Both the position numbers and the translations under genes were made by a program. A stretch of DNA of 59,030 nucleotides from Tubiluchus corallicola (lineage: Eukaryota > Animalia > Priapulida). The DNA is taken from the NCBI GenBank assembly GCA_030141605.1, contig JAQGDQ010001154.1, positions 1 to 59,030 of the forward strand, in the 5' to 3' direction. The notes below the pieces were generated by a model that saw nothing but the letters and a program-made list of their open reading frames with translations, searched no databases and had not been told where the DNA came from. Below, piece by piece: positions 15,290 to 28,822 of this stretch; within the stretch, counting starts at the first letter, position 1, and each line of letters starts with the position of its first letter.

Positions 15290-16005
15290 AACAGTGGATG
15301 GGCTGTAAACTTAACAGTCTCAAATCAGTTTTATGTTTGACTATCCACATTTTGCTGGATAGATAATCTCGACAGTGGGTGGGCTGTGAACTTAACAGTC
15401 TCAAATCAGTTTTATGTTTGACTATCCACATTTTGTTGGATAGATAATCTTGACAGTGGGTGGGCTGTGAACTTAACAGTCTCAAATCAGTTTTATGTCT
15501 GATTACCCACATTTTGTTACATAGATAATCTTGACAGTGGGTGGGCTGTAAACTTAACAGTCTCAAATCAGTTTTATGTTTGACTATCCAGATTTTGCTG
15601 GGTAGATAATCTTGACAGTGGGTGGGTGTAAACTTAAAGTCTAAATAGTTTTATGTTTGACTATCAGTAGATAATCTTGACAGTGGGTGGGTTGTAAACT
15701 TAACAGTCTCAAATCAGTTTTATGTTTGACTGTCCACATTTTGCTGGGTAGATAATCTTGACAGTGGGTGGGCTGTAAACTTAACAGTCTCAAATCAGTT
15801 TTATGTTTGACTATCCAGATTTTGCTGGGTAGATAATCTTGACAGTGGGTGGGTTGTAAACTTAACAGTCTCAAATCAGTTTTATGTTTGACTGTTCACA
15901 TTTTGCTGGGTAGATAATCTTGACAGTGGGTGGGCTGTAAACTTAACAGTCTCAAATCAGTTTTATGTCTGACTATCCACATTTAATGAGTAGATAATCT
16001 TAACA
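15290..16005. repeat. 81-bp minisatellite, ~9 copies
   Basis: Unit gacagtgggtgggctgtaaacttaacagtctcaaatcag...gtagataatctt. Confidence 0.95.
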
Positions 16006-17139
16006 CTAAATAAATTAAGCTTAAGTAATGGGTCATCCACATTGCAGTGCATTACAAACTTGCTTTTAAGATACATGACTACTACAATAGAATACAATGA
16101 ATATTACCAAGGTAAATGTAGGTAAAATATATTTATTAAAGCAGAAATTTTCACGTTTGGAGAAGTCTATGTACCAGAATTTAGATCTAATTTGAGGCCT
16201 CCAAAATTCTGCTTAAATACAGGAAAATGCGTTCTGACCCCCCCCCCCCCCAACTGCTTGTGCGTCCAATTTTTTAACCTCTTACGGCAAACATGCTTAA
16301 TTAGGATTTACTATCCTATCTAACTATAAGTTAAGTATCACGCTCCGAGTTAGTTAAATAATACATAACGCCTTGAACGAGGGCCTTAGCATTTTAAATT
16401 CTGTCGGTCATCGTATGTCATTAGTCTGACAGAAAAAAATCAACTGTTGACGTCACACCACAGACTTTCTTTATCAATCCGCTAAAAAAATTGAATCAGA
16501 ACAAATGAATTTGATGATGGTTAGCAATCGCTGACAGTACCGTGTAAACGCATGTAATTAAGCACTTTATATTCTGATTTTTGTGACGTTACGGTTATGA
16601 GGAACGCGAATTTCATAATGTTCATACATAAACATTTTAGAAAATGCTAAGTCAATCCATCAATCAATCAATCAATGAGGCGATGAACGGTCGTACGCAC
16701 AAAATTCATACTGGCATCACGTATCAGGTTAGTAGGTGACATTAAAACTACACTTTTATTATTAGCCTGCAGGACTTAGATGTTATTCTACAGTATTTTA
16801 ATTACAAAACTTTTGTGACAAGCTTGTTATATATTAATAAGCTAGGTTAGAGTATATCATATATATATGCGGTTGTTCTCCTCCATTATACATTCACTTG
16901 CTTATGTCTAAGAATTTTGCTAAAGTATATTTCAGTTGCCATTGTTATTATGTTCCTGTTGTCAGATTTTTATTTCAGTTCAGTTTTATTTCAGTTATTT
17001 TCAGTTTGATTGTTTTTATTGTGCACATATTATTACTGTTTATGAATTGTACTAACACGTTATAAGCATATCAATTTAATGTCATTCGTAACAGTTTAGT
17101 TTTTATTATAAGCAGTACTAACACTAATTAATACACTGT

Positions 17140-17284
17140 AGCATGGCGCCTATAAAAAATGTTCATCACTAACCAAAGGGCAGCTGACTAGATGACCAAT
17201 TGGTCTTTCGCTGCCCTTTCTTCACATTTTTGTTACCAAATTAATTGTATTACAACTGTGCGTGTGTTAAAAGATAAATAAAAG

Positions 17285-17329
<45 letters not shown>

Positions 17330-17335
17330 GTTATT
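17140..17335 (+). mobile_element. CR1-like LINE 3' tail
   Basis: Hairpin gggcagc-tgactagatgaccaattggtctttc-gctgccc, then AATAAA and (ATT)n. Confidence 0.5.
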
Positions 17336-17429
17336 ATTGTTCTTCGGTCTTTCCTTGTCATAATTAGGACGTCTGGGGGTATCAGATGCCTTCGTAATTC
17401 GCCATCATCTCGCAAAAGGCATATTAGCA

Positions 17430-17870
17430 AACCCGCCTTAATCTGCAGGTCAAAACAATCTAATCTTTAAAATACTGAAAGGAAACATACTATTTTTTCA
17501 AAAATGACTTAAGTGAAAGAAATGCTACCACACACGCAATTTCGCGTTCGTGCCATTAGTTCTTCGCTGTTACATCTTTTATTATCTTAAGAATTTTTAT
17601 CTTAAAACTTGCCTAATTTTAGTACAACACACTGAATATCTTACAGTAACACTGTACTTCAATTCGCAAACACGTGCAACACGCTTTTTGCTGTTGAATA
17701 TTATGTTAGTTTGTGATGTCATCAAAAGTTTGGCTCGCCCGCCGTTAATTAAGATTTCAATCTGTCATTTAATTACAAAAAACGCTTTTGTAGTATTAAT
17801 TGTGTTAAAATGTATACCTTTTACTGTAGTTGAAAAAGGGGTGGTATATGAAGAATCATCCTGTCTTCGT
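17430..17870 (-). mobile_element. Family A element, inverted copy
   Basis: Reverse complement of family A segments (ggtcaaaacaatc..., gttagtttgtgatgtcatc, tcatcctgtcttc). Confidence 0.8.
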
Positions 17871-17907
17871 TTGAGTTTTCAGTGTAGCTGACACAATAAC
17901 AATAAGC

Positions 17908-18538
17908 AATTATTTTAGCCATTTTTGCCTGCTTCTACTGATTATTTTAGCCATTTTTGCCTGCTTCTACTGATTATTTTAGCCATTTTTGCCTGCTTCT
18001 AACGATTATTTTAGCCATTTTGCCTGTTTCTACTGATTATTTTAGCCATTTTGCCTGCTTCTACTGATTATTTTAGCCACTTTTGCCTGCTTGTAACGAT
18101 TATTTTAGCCATTTTGCCTGCTTCTACTGATTATTTTAGCCATTTTTGCCTGCTTCTACTGATTATTTTAGCCATTTTTGCCTGCTTCTACTGATTATTT
18201 TAGCCATTTTTGCCTGCTTCTACTGATTATTTTAGCCATTTTTGCCTGCTTCTACTGATTATTTTAGCCATTTTTGCCTGCTTCTACTGATTATTTTAGC
18301 CACTTTTGCCTGCTTCTAACGATTATTTTAGCCATTTTGCCTGTTTCTACTGATTATTTTAGCCATTTTGCCTGCTTCTACTGATTATTTTAGCCACTTT
18401 TGCCTGCTTGTAACGATTATTTTAGCCATTTTGCCTGCTTCTACTGATTATTTTAGCCATTTTTGCCTGCTTCTACTGATTATTTTAGCCATTTTTGCCT
18501 GCTTCTACTGATTATTTGAGCCATTTTGCCTGCTTCTC
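17908..18538. repeat. 31-32-bp minisatellite, ~20 copies
   Basis: Unit gattattttagccatttttgcctgcttctact. Confidence 0.95.
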
Positions 18539-19421
18539 TGCAAAAGACATCCAACGATGACAGTTATTTTTATTAGTTCTACAGTTGGAGTAAAAATGCA
18601 CAAAAACGGATTTTGACTAAACATGCTGCTTACTAGTTCTACCTTTCAGTTGCACTAACTGTTAAACTGGCCAAACCAGGTATTTTTCACGCTGGCCGCA
18701 GCCTCAGCAACACATGAATGGGGAAAAGCCTTCCTTAATCTGGGAAAATGGTTAGATTGTCCTGCAGCGTTTCTAAAGTAAACGTAGAATTGATTTCGCA
18801 TGTAAAATACGAAATCCATATCTAAAGTTTTACTGACTTAAGGCCCGAAGGCACAGATTTGTCTGCACTTTCTGATGTTACATGACAGCAATACTATGAC
18901 GAGCACAATGCTTTTTTTTCACATCGTTGGCCAATCTTTCAAAAATCTTTCACCTCGATTGGACGCCAGGGTCCAATTTTAAAAGCCAATCTCCAACTAA
19001 AAGAGATTGAAAATTATGCATTTTGTAGGTTTATTTATTCCTTTGTCGGCAGGTATATCGCTTTTATATTCTGCTTAGATGCCTCAATGCACCTCTCGTT
19101 TGATCTTTGATAAGATTCAGTCTCTTATCTGCTAAGTTTGAGGAATGTAGAGCAAAAATTCAGACACGACCTTGCTTACTGAAAACTGTCACTTCCTTGG
19201 ACATAGATGAAAAATTGACTTGTGTTGCGAAATTTTTCCACATATTTTGGCCCAGTTACTTTGTTTGGCTTAAAGATGGTAATCAGTAATTACCCCACAC
19301 CAGATCTAATGTATGTTACCCCACACGGCTACATAGGACTTATTGAACAAAGTTATAATACAAAAATAGACAGAGTTCCTCCATTTGCAGGCTTTCGCTT
19401 CGTTTAGGCTGTTTACAAAGT

Positions 19422-20051
19422 TTAAAGGAAGTTTAAAGATTTTTCATATTTGATTACCCCATTTTCAAGTCTGATAAAAAGTATACATTTTAACACAATC
19501 AATACTGCAAAAGCGTATCTGATATTAACTAAAGGATTAAAAACTTAATTAACGGCGGGCGAGGACAACTATTAATGACATCACAAACTAACATAACTTT
19601 CAACAGCAAAAATGTTCCATGAGCGTGTTGCACGTGTTTGCGAAAGTGAAAATTGAAGTGCAGTGCTACTGTAAGATATTCAGTGCGTTGTACTAAAAAT
19701 AGGCAAGATTTAAGATAAGAATTCAAATTTCAAATTTACCGCTGTGCTCACGCATGAGCTATCAAACGTGTGTAGTTCGTCACAAACTAACACATCTGAA
19801 CTGAGAGGTACTGAACCTGTTTTTGTGCAATGCGTTTCCGAAATGCAGGCGCTAGCGGCCGTCTAACTAGCAATTGGTGAAATGCATGTAACAGCGAAGA
19901 ACTAATGGCGTGAACGTGAAATTGTGTTTGTGTGGTAATAATTCTTTCACGTAAGTCATTTTTGAAGAAACAATAGTATGTTACCTAACAATATTTTAAA
20001 GAGTAGATTGTTTTGACCTACAGTTTAAGATTGGGTCCAGTTTTGCTTTAA
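19422..20051 (+). mobile_element. Family A element, full length (~630 bp)
   Basis: TTAAAGGAAG ... TTTTGCTTTAA, collinear with 31821-32437. Confidence 0.85.
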
Positions 20052-20476
20052 CAAATTTACGACATTACATAGTGGAATCTTATTTGTTAGCAAAATAAAG
20101 AACACAGCAAACAGAATGAAATTTCGTTACAGTTCTAACATACGTTGTTTTATGTTACTACCTGCCGCTTTATAAAGATTTCATTACACAACTGAAAACA
20201 AGGTATTTCTTACCCTTGCTGTTTGACAAATCTTCATTTTACTATAAAACAACTTAAAAGTTTGACAGTTCTGTTAATTGAGCAATACGATAATTTGATA
20301 ATTACAGGTTTCAGATCTAAGAGTTTCTTGAAATAGAATTTTCATTAATAGAACAAACAAAAAACATCAACGCACTTGAACATAGTTCATTATCTCCAAT
20401 CGGATGCCTTAAACTACCTCGTTTTTCATTATCAACAAATATGCAATCATACAGTAAGTGCTTACGACTCTGTACG

Positions 20477-20915
20477 AGATTGTTGATGATCGTGAAAAGG
20501 TCAAAGGTTAAGTGTACCACAGCAACGCGTCTTAACTACAGCCGTCAATTCTTTTAGGGAGAATCTCTGTATCAGTTATAATGAGCTGTTTGATTCAAGC
20601 CAAATAAAACTACGTTTAAAAATAATTACAATCGTCACGTGACATGTGGGTAAAGCAAAGCCGTCTGCCGGATCAGTTCAGTAACTTCAGTTGTTTTACG
20701 TGGACTTTACTTATTTATGCATTAATCTATTGTGTGAAGTGATTTACTAGCAGGATCTTGCTTGGGAACAAGAAAAAATGAACTAGGTAAGGTTCTAGCT
20801 AGCTGTTAAAACTGTTACTATTACAATAGCATGGACTGCGAGGTGTTGTCAAGTGTACACAAATGCGTTGTCTGGTGCACTTAACCTTTGACCTTTTGAC
20901 GATCATCAACAATCG
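20477..20915. mobile_element. MITE with ~42-bp TIRs; partial inverted copy at 6768-6936
   Basis: GATTGTTGATGATCGTGAAAAGGTCAAAGGTTAAGTGTACC ... GGTGCACTTAACCTTTGACCTTTTGACGATCATCAACAATC. No TSD seen. Confidence 0.75.
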
Positions 20916-21045
20916 CAAATCGTTTTCATTGGTCTATCGCATCGACTTAAAAGCATTTAGTACGTTACAGTCTAATTAATCTGAGTTCTTAGTCAGTACA
21001 CAAACGTCAAAATGATAATGACACATCAATTCCTCACTCATTTAC

Positions 21046-21172
21046 ATAAGCTTCTTACATCTGCTGGTAGATGTATAGAATGCACCCCCTGTACATTGCC
21101 TGGCCTCTGTCCAAACGTGTAAGAATTGCCCAGAATATTAAACGCAAAGGCAATAAACGCTACAAAGTACAT
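21046..21172 (-). CDS. First coding exon (signal peptide) of a reprolysin/ADAM(TS)-like metalloprotease
   Basis: ATG at 21172 gives MYFVAFIAFAFNILGNSYTFGQRPGNVQGVHSIHLPADVRSL with a hydrophobic N-terminus. The donor T|GTAAAT is phase 1, matching the phase-1 acceptor of exon 8272 and giving ...RSLLPKYSLVTP. Confidence 0.6.
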
Positions 21173-21716
21173 GTTTAAAATCTATGATCGTTAAATTTTT
21201 ATTTATACTTAGAGACTATAATATGCTGAAGTAATTTTGTTTATAGATTTTATAGTTCTTAGAGCTGGGAACGAGTTAGCGCACAAACGACGCACTTAAC
21301 ATGGACTCTTTCATTCATAATAAGTAGGATGGAACCAGTAATCTGCCACGTAATATGTTATATTATACTTATTAAAATATCACGATACTTCCGGTGTGAT
21401 TTCCGCTTTATAAATGAAATCCTACCAGCGACAGGTTGAACTACAAAACTCTGTCATCTCCTCATTGTAAAGCAAACGCGCGTTTTAAATTTTTGTGAAC
21501 AAAACGAATAATTATGGTGTTCTAAATGTTGCGGCTTCATAAGAATGAAAGAAACCACGACAGTGTAATAATGTACGGGGCAGATCCATTTAATAAACGT
21601 GGTCTATTTAATGGGCCATTCGAGGGCCGTATTAGGAAAAAAATGGGCTCTGTTACGGTCTGGACAAATTTCCGTAGTACACTGTGACCTGTTATAGTTT
21701 AAAATGATAAATGTGA

Positions 21717-21717
<1 letters not shown>

Positions 21718-21755
<38 letters not shown>

Positions 21756-22055
21756 CGACGACGAGGACGACAACAGCAGCAGCAACAACAACAACGACAA
21801 CAGCAGCAGCAGCAACAACAACAACAACAACAACAACGACAACAGCAGCAGCAACAACAACAACAACAATAACAACAAAAACAACAGCAGCAGCGGCAGC
21901 AACAACAACAACAACGACAACAGCAGCAGCAACAGCAACAACAACAACGACAGCAGCAGCAGCAGCAACAACAACAACAACGACAACAGTAGCAACAACA
22001 AAAACAGCAGCGGCAGCAACAACGACAACAGCAACAACAACAAAAACAACAGCAA

Positions 22056-22087
<32 letters not shown>

Positions 22088-22229
22088 ACAACAACAACAG
22101 CAGCAGCAACGACAACAACAAAACAGCAGCAGCAGCAACGACAACAGCAGCAACAACAACAACAACAACAACAACAACAAAAACAGCAGCGGCAGCAACA
22201 ACGACAACAGCAACAACAACAACAAAAAA

Positions 22230-22264
<35 letters not shown>

Positions 22265-22327
22265 ACAACAACAACAACAGCAGAAGCAACGACAACAACA
22301 GCATATATATATATATATATATATATG
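21718..22327. repeat. (CAA/CAG)n compound microsatellite plus (TA)n
   Basis: Direct inspection. Confidence 0.95.
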
Positions 22328-22754
22328 TGATACAATATAATTGTATCAATATAATTATATATATAATTTATACAATTATATTCTACACTAACAAAGAAAG
22401 ACAAAACAATACCGCGTAGGTTAAAAAATACCTTGGCTGTGGTGAGAGACTCCAAACATCAAATGTAATTCGTTCTCGCTTAAGTGTTTATGAATATCTT
22501 CAAGATCCACCTGAAAAATAACCGTAATATTAATATTGTAGTTTTGACGCTAGGTGTAAATTTGCAAGTTTTACCTAAAAACTTAAGCATCAACATCTCA
22601 GCAAAGTAAAAGTACCTTTCAAACTCAGAACTCAGTACACATAAGCAGGTTCTTATAATACGGTGTAAATTTATCATCGAATATCTCAAGCAGATTTCAC
22701 TGTTCCACTGTGTGAATATTGTATACCAGCCTTTAGGACAACGTTTATTGTTAT

Positions 22755-22761
22755 ATTATTA

Positions 22762-22848
<87 letters not shown>

Positions 22849-23061
22849 TTATTTAAAATTTGAAATTATACACATGTACAAATGTTTACATAATATACAT
22901 ACAGTGACCCTCTATTTGCAGGGTATGGTTAAAAAAATTTTGTAAATAAAAATAGATGTTACATTCATAAGATTTTTATATACCAATAAATGTCTTATGA
23001 GAGGGAGAGAAGGACAGAGAGAGAGAGAGGGGGGAAAGAGAGAGAGAGAGAGAGAGACAGA

Positions 23062-23106
<45 letters not shown>

Positions 23107-23265
23107 AGAAGAAGAGGAAGAGAGAGAGAAGAGAGAAGAGAGAGAGAAGAAGAAGAAGAAGAGAGAGAGAGAAGAAGAAGAAGAAGAGAGAAGAGGGAGA
23201 GAGAGAAGAAGAGAAGAAGAGAAGAGAGGAGGAGAGAAGAGAAGAGAGGGAGAGGGGAGAGGATA

Positions 23266-23318
<53 letters not shown>

Positions 23319-23565
23319 CAGAGAGAGAGAGAGGGGAAGAGAGAGAGAGAGGAGAGAGATAGAGGGGGAGAGAGAGGAGAGAGAGAGAGGGGGGCAAGAG
23401 GGAGATTATTATTAATATAATTCTTTATTTAAAATTTAAAATTATACGCATGTACAAATGTTTACATAATATACATACAGTGACCCTCTATTTGCAGGGT
23501 ATGGTTAAAAAAAATTGTAAATAAAAATAGATGTTATATTCATAAGACTTTTATATAGAAATAAA
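22755..23565 (-). mobile_element. Two tandem copies of a related LINE 3' tail separated by a GA-rich microsatellite
   Basis: 22847-22992 and 23425-23565 are near identical. accctctatttgcaggg is the reverse complement of the motif at 3793; (ATT)n tail at 22755-22846. Confidence 0.65.
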
Positions 23566-24557
23566 TCACGGATTTCGTACTTCAAAGTAATATAAAAGAG
23601 CAACTAAAATCAAATAGCACTAGAAAAAAAACTAGCACTGTAGCACTACAATAAAAGTGACTAGAAACAGAAAAATTAGATATCTACAGATTTGTTCCGT
23701 TACGCAAAGTTTAATATTTGATACTAAAGTTTGCAAAAACGGATCACAAACTAACTCCGTGAAAGCATCTAGCAGGTTTTTTCACGAGTTGTATAAATTT
23801 TACTAATGTTCTGAGGATGTAGGAACTTTGCGAGCGCTAATCTTTTATTTTCATCGAATAAAGAGAATCGTTTGGCTAAAAAATCGCTTTGCTTAGCCTT
23901 AAACCGTTTCAAGATGGCAGACAGTGTTGCGGTAGAATTGCACAATTTTTCGTACAAAACAAAACAAAACAGCTAATCTATTTTTATTTATTACGTCATT
24001 ATTTAATATTTATTTATTATTTATTACGACACGATAGCAACAGTTTATCCTGACGTCATCACTACTAACATTAAGGCTCGCCCCATTATAAGAGGGCCAT
24101 GCACTAGTTCAATGGTGAGCTCTTCTCATTGATAAATATCTCTTTGATAGACCTGTCTATTGTGTGCAAAAATATGAATGAAATAGTTGGCATTCTGCCA
24201 GAACCTAGGCTCCACTGTGATTATTTTCGTTTTGTTAGCTTTTAAGCAAGCTGACATCAAGCATTTTCTCAAGGCCATCAGAGGGAGCTCCTTCGTGGGG
24301 AAGGATTGCCCCTTTAGGGTATGGTTAATTATGGCCTTGGCTTTACTCGAATGTTTGACACGAAAACGTGGGAAAGTTGAAATTACCGTCAGTAAAACCA
24401 CGTAAATAATCTGACATGTTTTTGACAGTTTGTCGAAGCGAATAATAAGCTTTAATTTCAATGAAATACTCATGTTCTAAGTAAAATATGGATCGTTTGA
24501 GCAGAACGGACTAGTGAGGTTACCTGCATTTACTGTTTGCACTTCTTATTCCGTTAA

Positions 24558-25470
24558 TTAAAGGAAGTGAGGATGATTTTTCGTGTACCAACCCGCTGTC
24601 AAGTACAGTAAACACGTACAAACCCGCTGTCAAGTACAGTAAACATGTACAAATCCGCTGTCAAGTACAGTAAACATGTACAAACCCGCTGTCAAGTACA
24701 GTAAACATGTACAAACCCGCTGTCAAGTACAGTAAACATGTACAAAACCGCTGTCAAGTACAGTAAACATGTACAAACTCGCTGTCAAGTACAGTAAACA
24801 TGTACAAACTCGCTGTCAAGTACAGTAAACATGTACAAACTCGCTGTCAAGTACAGTAAACATGTACAAACCCGCTGTCAAGTACAGTAAACATGTACAA
24901 ACCCGCTGTCAAGTACAGTAAACATGTACAAACCCGCTGTCAAGTACAGTAAACATGTACAAACCCGCTGTCAAGTACAGTAAACATGTACAAACCCGCT
25001 GTCAAGTACAGTAAACATGTACAAACTCGCTGTCAAGTACAGTAAACATGTACAAACCCGCTGTCAAGTACAGTAAACATGTACAAACCCGCTGTCAAGT
25101 ACAGTAAACATGTACAAACTCGCTGTCAAGTACAGTAAACATGTACAAACCCGCTGTCAAGTACAGTAAACATGCACATTTTAGCCCCAATAATATTGCA
25201 AAAGCGTTTCTGATAATAAAATAATAGATTTAAGTCTTAATTAACGGCGTGCGAGCCAAACTATTGATGGCATCACAAACGAACATAAATTGCAACAGCA
25301 AAAACATTCCATGTTGCACGTGTTTGCGAAAATTGGAATAGAGCATTATCGTAAAATATTCAGTGTGTTGTTCTAAAACTCGGCAATTCAAATTTCAAAT
25401 TTACCGCTGTGCTCACGCATGAGCTGTCGAAGGTGTGCGCTACGTCACAACTGAACACCACTGAACTGAA
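24558..25470 (+). mobile_element. Family A element (3'-truncated) with an internal 31-bp minisatellite expansion (~19 copies, 24590-25175)
   Basis: Starts TTAAAGGAAGTGAGGATGATTTTTC. The unit aaacccgctgtcaagtacagtaaacatgtac is followed by resumed family A sequence (ttgcaaaagcgtttctgata). Confidence 0.85.
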
Positions 25471-26187
25471 AGCAAGGAAATTAACTCATCTAAAATACGA
25501 GGCCTGTGGAATTAACACTCACCATAGAGCGTCATCACAGAACCCGCCAGATAAATTTGAGTAGTGTGTACCTGTGTCATCACAATGCCCACCAGGTAAA
25601 TCTGAGCAGTGTGTACCTGTGTCACAGAGACTGCCAGGTAACCCGAGTAAGCCTGTGATCATTTAAATACCCATTTACCAACACGCACCTGTAATTACCG
25701 ACCATTTAAGATCATTTAGCTGGTGAATTCACTTAAAATGAACTTTTATTTTCACTGACTTGACTTTGAATAGCCATGTCAAACGTCAGGTCACATTTAG
25801 TGACACAAAAAACCTCGATCATGAGGCGCATGTAAGCTGGGGGGGGGTCCCCATGCTCTTCTTACACCGCCTGAAACGTGCAGATAAAATAGGGCAGTCG
25901 TGCAAGACCCGTCTTGCATCTCCAATCATTAATCCTACACGATTCCGCTTTCTAACACCACTTTTACAATCATCTTCTTAAACAGCACTCCTCTTTGTAA
26001 CCTTTCAATGAAGAGTGTTTTTTTGGTCTTTAGAACTGTGCCGTGCCCGTTGTTATCGTTAACAGATTAGAAAATAATTACAGACTACGGCAAACTTTGT
26101 AAAACACCTGTTTTTGAAAATTCACCAGTTTTGCAGGGACAGAAAGTTTACAGCAGCTAGGCAAGACGTTACTACAACATGTCTAAA

Positions 26188-26740
26188 TTTAGTTTAACAA
26201 AATTTATTATGGGATTGGATCAGACAGTTTGAACATGATTTAGGATCCTCACCACAACAGACTTTATACACTATTTACAAAAACATTTACAGTAAGAATA
26301 GATTATAACTACACAAGCTGACAAGTTTTACAACAAGATTACATTAGATATTAGTAACACTTACAGTAAGAATAAACTATAACTACAACCTGACAAGTTT
26401 TACTACAAGATTACATTAGACATTAGTAGAAAATGACGGTTAGAAAATATTAATGTACGATTATTTAAGACTGATGCATTTCATATCAGATAGAAACTAC
26501 TGGAAGTGTTTAGTACGTAATATAAAGTCATGTTTGCATTAGAATATTTTACAGTTAGCAACATAGTTAAATTCATCTTTTCCGAATAATAACAACTTCA
26601 ACAGATCATTAGTTCCTAAGGCAGCTATATTAACGTTTTCGGGCAGAAGCATTTCATTTAATTTATCAAACATAACAACTCTAGTTTGTTTATACAATGG
26701 GCAGTGCAACAAAAAGTGTTCAACAGACTCGAAATCGAAA
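26188..26740 (-). mobile_element. CR1/L2-group LINE 3' end
   Basis: ESVEHFLLHCPLYKQTRVVMFDKL...LLKLLLFGKDEF...FILRTKHF (ORF2 C-terminus) plus 3' UTR. Confidence 0.85.
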
Positions 26741-27189
26741 TCCACAATTCGGCAATATTGGATGACCGTTATTATCTTTACAGCCTTTAATGTCTGAGTT
26801 TGATGTTGATGTTTCAAAGACAGATCGATGTTCTTCGCAGAATGTTTTTTCGTTTAACACTGAGACTTGCAATACTTCATTTTACCCAATGATTTTATTG
26901 GCTTAAATAAATACGTTAAAACGATTATTTCTGTAAATAACGTCATTTTTACAAGAACGTTTCAGAGGTTTAATTTCGTATGACGCGTCGCTGAATCGGA
27001 GAAACAAATTTCTTACTAAGAGAAGAAAAAAGATTACGGTTATTGAATGGCGGGAAACTAAATAACCGACGATGTTTGTTAACCTATCTTTTACCTAATA
27101 AAGAAGTTTAATTTGATTTAATTGTATTAAATGTTTATTTGTTAAAACTGTGAGAAGAATTTCGCCAGATGATATGTATTTTTATAAAA

Positions 27190-28350
27190 CAAACACACTA
27201 ACTACACTATTTACTGCGTTTGCTCTTTCATATTACAAACCACAAACACACTAACTACACTATTTACTGCGTTTGCTCTTTCATATCACAACCCACAAAC
27301 ACACTAACTACACTATTTACTGCGTTTGCTCTTTCATATTACAAACCACAAACACACTAACTACATTATTTACTTCGTTTGCTCTTTCATATCACAACCC
27401 ACAAACACAATAACTACATTATTTACTTCGTTTGTTCTTTTATATCACAACCCCAAACACACTAACTACACTATTTACTGCGTTTGCTCTTTCATATCAC
27501 AACCCACAAACACACTAACTACATTATTTACTTCGTTTGCTCTTTCATATCACAACCCACAAACACACTAACTACATTATTTACTTCGTTTGCTCTTTCA
27601 TATCACAACCCACAAACACAATAACTACATTATTTACTTTGTTTGTTCTTTCATATCACAACCCCAAACACAGTAACTACATTATTTACTTCGTTTGTTC
27701 TTTCATATCACAACCCCAAACACAGTAACTACATTATTTACTTCGTTTGTTCTTTCATATCACAACCCCAAACACAGTAACTACATTATTTACTTCGTTT
27801 GTTCTTTCATATCACAACCCACACACACACTAACTACACTATTTACTTCGTTTGTTCTTTCATATCACAACCCACACACACACTAACTACACTATTTACT
27901 TCGTTTGTTCTTTCATATCACAACCACACACACACTAACTACATTATTTACTTCGTTTGTTCTTTCATATCACAACCCACACACACACTAACTACATTAT
28001 TTACTTCGTTTGCTCTTTCATATCACAACCCCAAACACACTAACTACATTATTTACTTCGTTTGTTCTTTCATATCACAACCCACAAACACACTAACTAC
28101 ATTATTTACTTTGTTTGTTCTTTCATATCACAACCCACAAACACACTAACTACATTATTTACTTTGTTTGTTCTTTCATATCACAACCCCAAACACAGTA
28201 ACTACATTATTTACTTCGTTTGTTCTTTCATATCACAACCCCAAACACAGTAACTACATTATTTACTTCGTTTGTTCTTTCATATCACAACCCCAAACAC
28301 AGTAACTACATTATTTACTTCGTTTGTTCTTTCATATCACAACCCACACA
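27190..28350. repeat. ~53-bp minisatellite, ~22 copies
   Basis: Unit acacactaactacattatttacttcgtttgttctttcatatcacaacccacaa. Confidence 0.95.
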
Positions 28351-28534
28351 CGCACGCACGCTCGCTCGCACGCACGCACGCACGCACGCACGCACACACA
28401 CACATACTCCATAGATATTTTCGCCTGACCCTTCTAATACTTTAGGAAAAAATAAATTTTAAACTCAATTAAAGATAGAATAACGTCTTTGCTTGGTGCA
28501 TAAGAAACGTCGTTCTGTCTCTTAAAGTTCAAGT

Positions 28535-28822
28535 TCATTTTCCCTTAAAGATTCTGTCGACGAGCAAGAGGTGAAGAATTCCAGGAGACTGTGTTTGTGC
28601 TTTACGATATTGAACGAAGAATTGATAAAGAATATTGTATATAATCCTCTTATAGGTGTACTGTTTACACGTTTTAATGCAGCACAATTCAGTTGATCTA
28701 CACGTTTCTATGTAATCGAGCTTAAAGGTCACCTCTGTCGGTGAAAGCGCCCCCTTTCCTATCAGAATGTATGTGTTATACTCTCTGTATCTTGTTGGCA
28801 GAGGGATTGGATGAAGCATTGT
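28535..28822 (-). CDS. Candidate second/terminal exon of a small secreted Cys-containing protein
   Basis: Non-repetitive 95-codon open frame preceded by ctttccttcgagtatcag| in phase 0, compatible with exon 33195. Contains ETCRSTELCCIKTCKQYTYKR. The pairing of the two exons is inferred. Confidence 0.35.
   Translation of the reverse strand, partial: TMLHPIPLPTRYREYNTYILIGKGALSPTEVTFKLDYIETCRSTELCCIKTCKQYTYKRIIYNILYQFFVQYRKAQTQSPGILHLLLVDRIFKGK

Noticed and set aside
21604-22455. Poly-Q/T/C/V ORFs
   Set aside because: Translation of a CAA/CAG microsatellite. The ER, SL, LCYVM, YVCM and LYFTL ORFs elsewhere are the same kind of artefact.
25975-26065. Subtilase-like DNNGHGT and insulin-like GYKEECC motifs on the minus strand
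   Set aside because: Both frames close quickly, the expected flanking residues are missing, and there are no good splice sites.
28640-28712. Insulin A-chain (CCxxxC)
   Set aside because: The final Cys eight residues later is absent and no B-chain was found.
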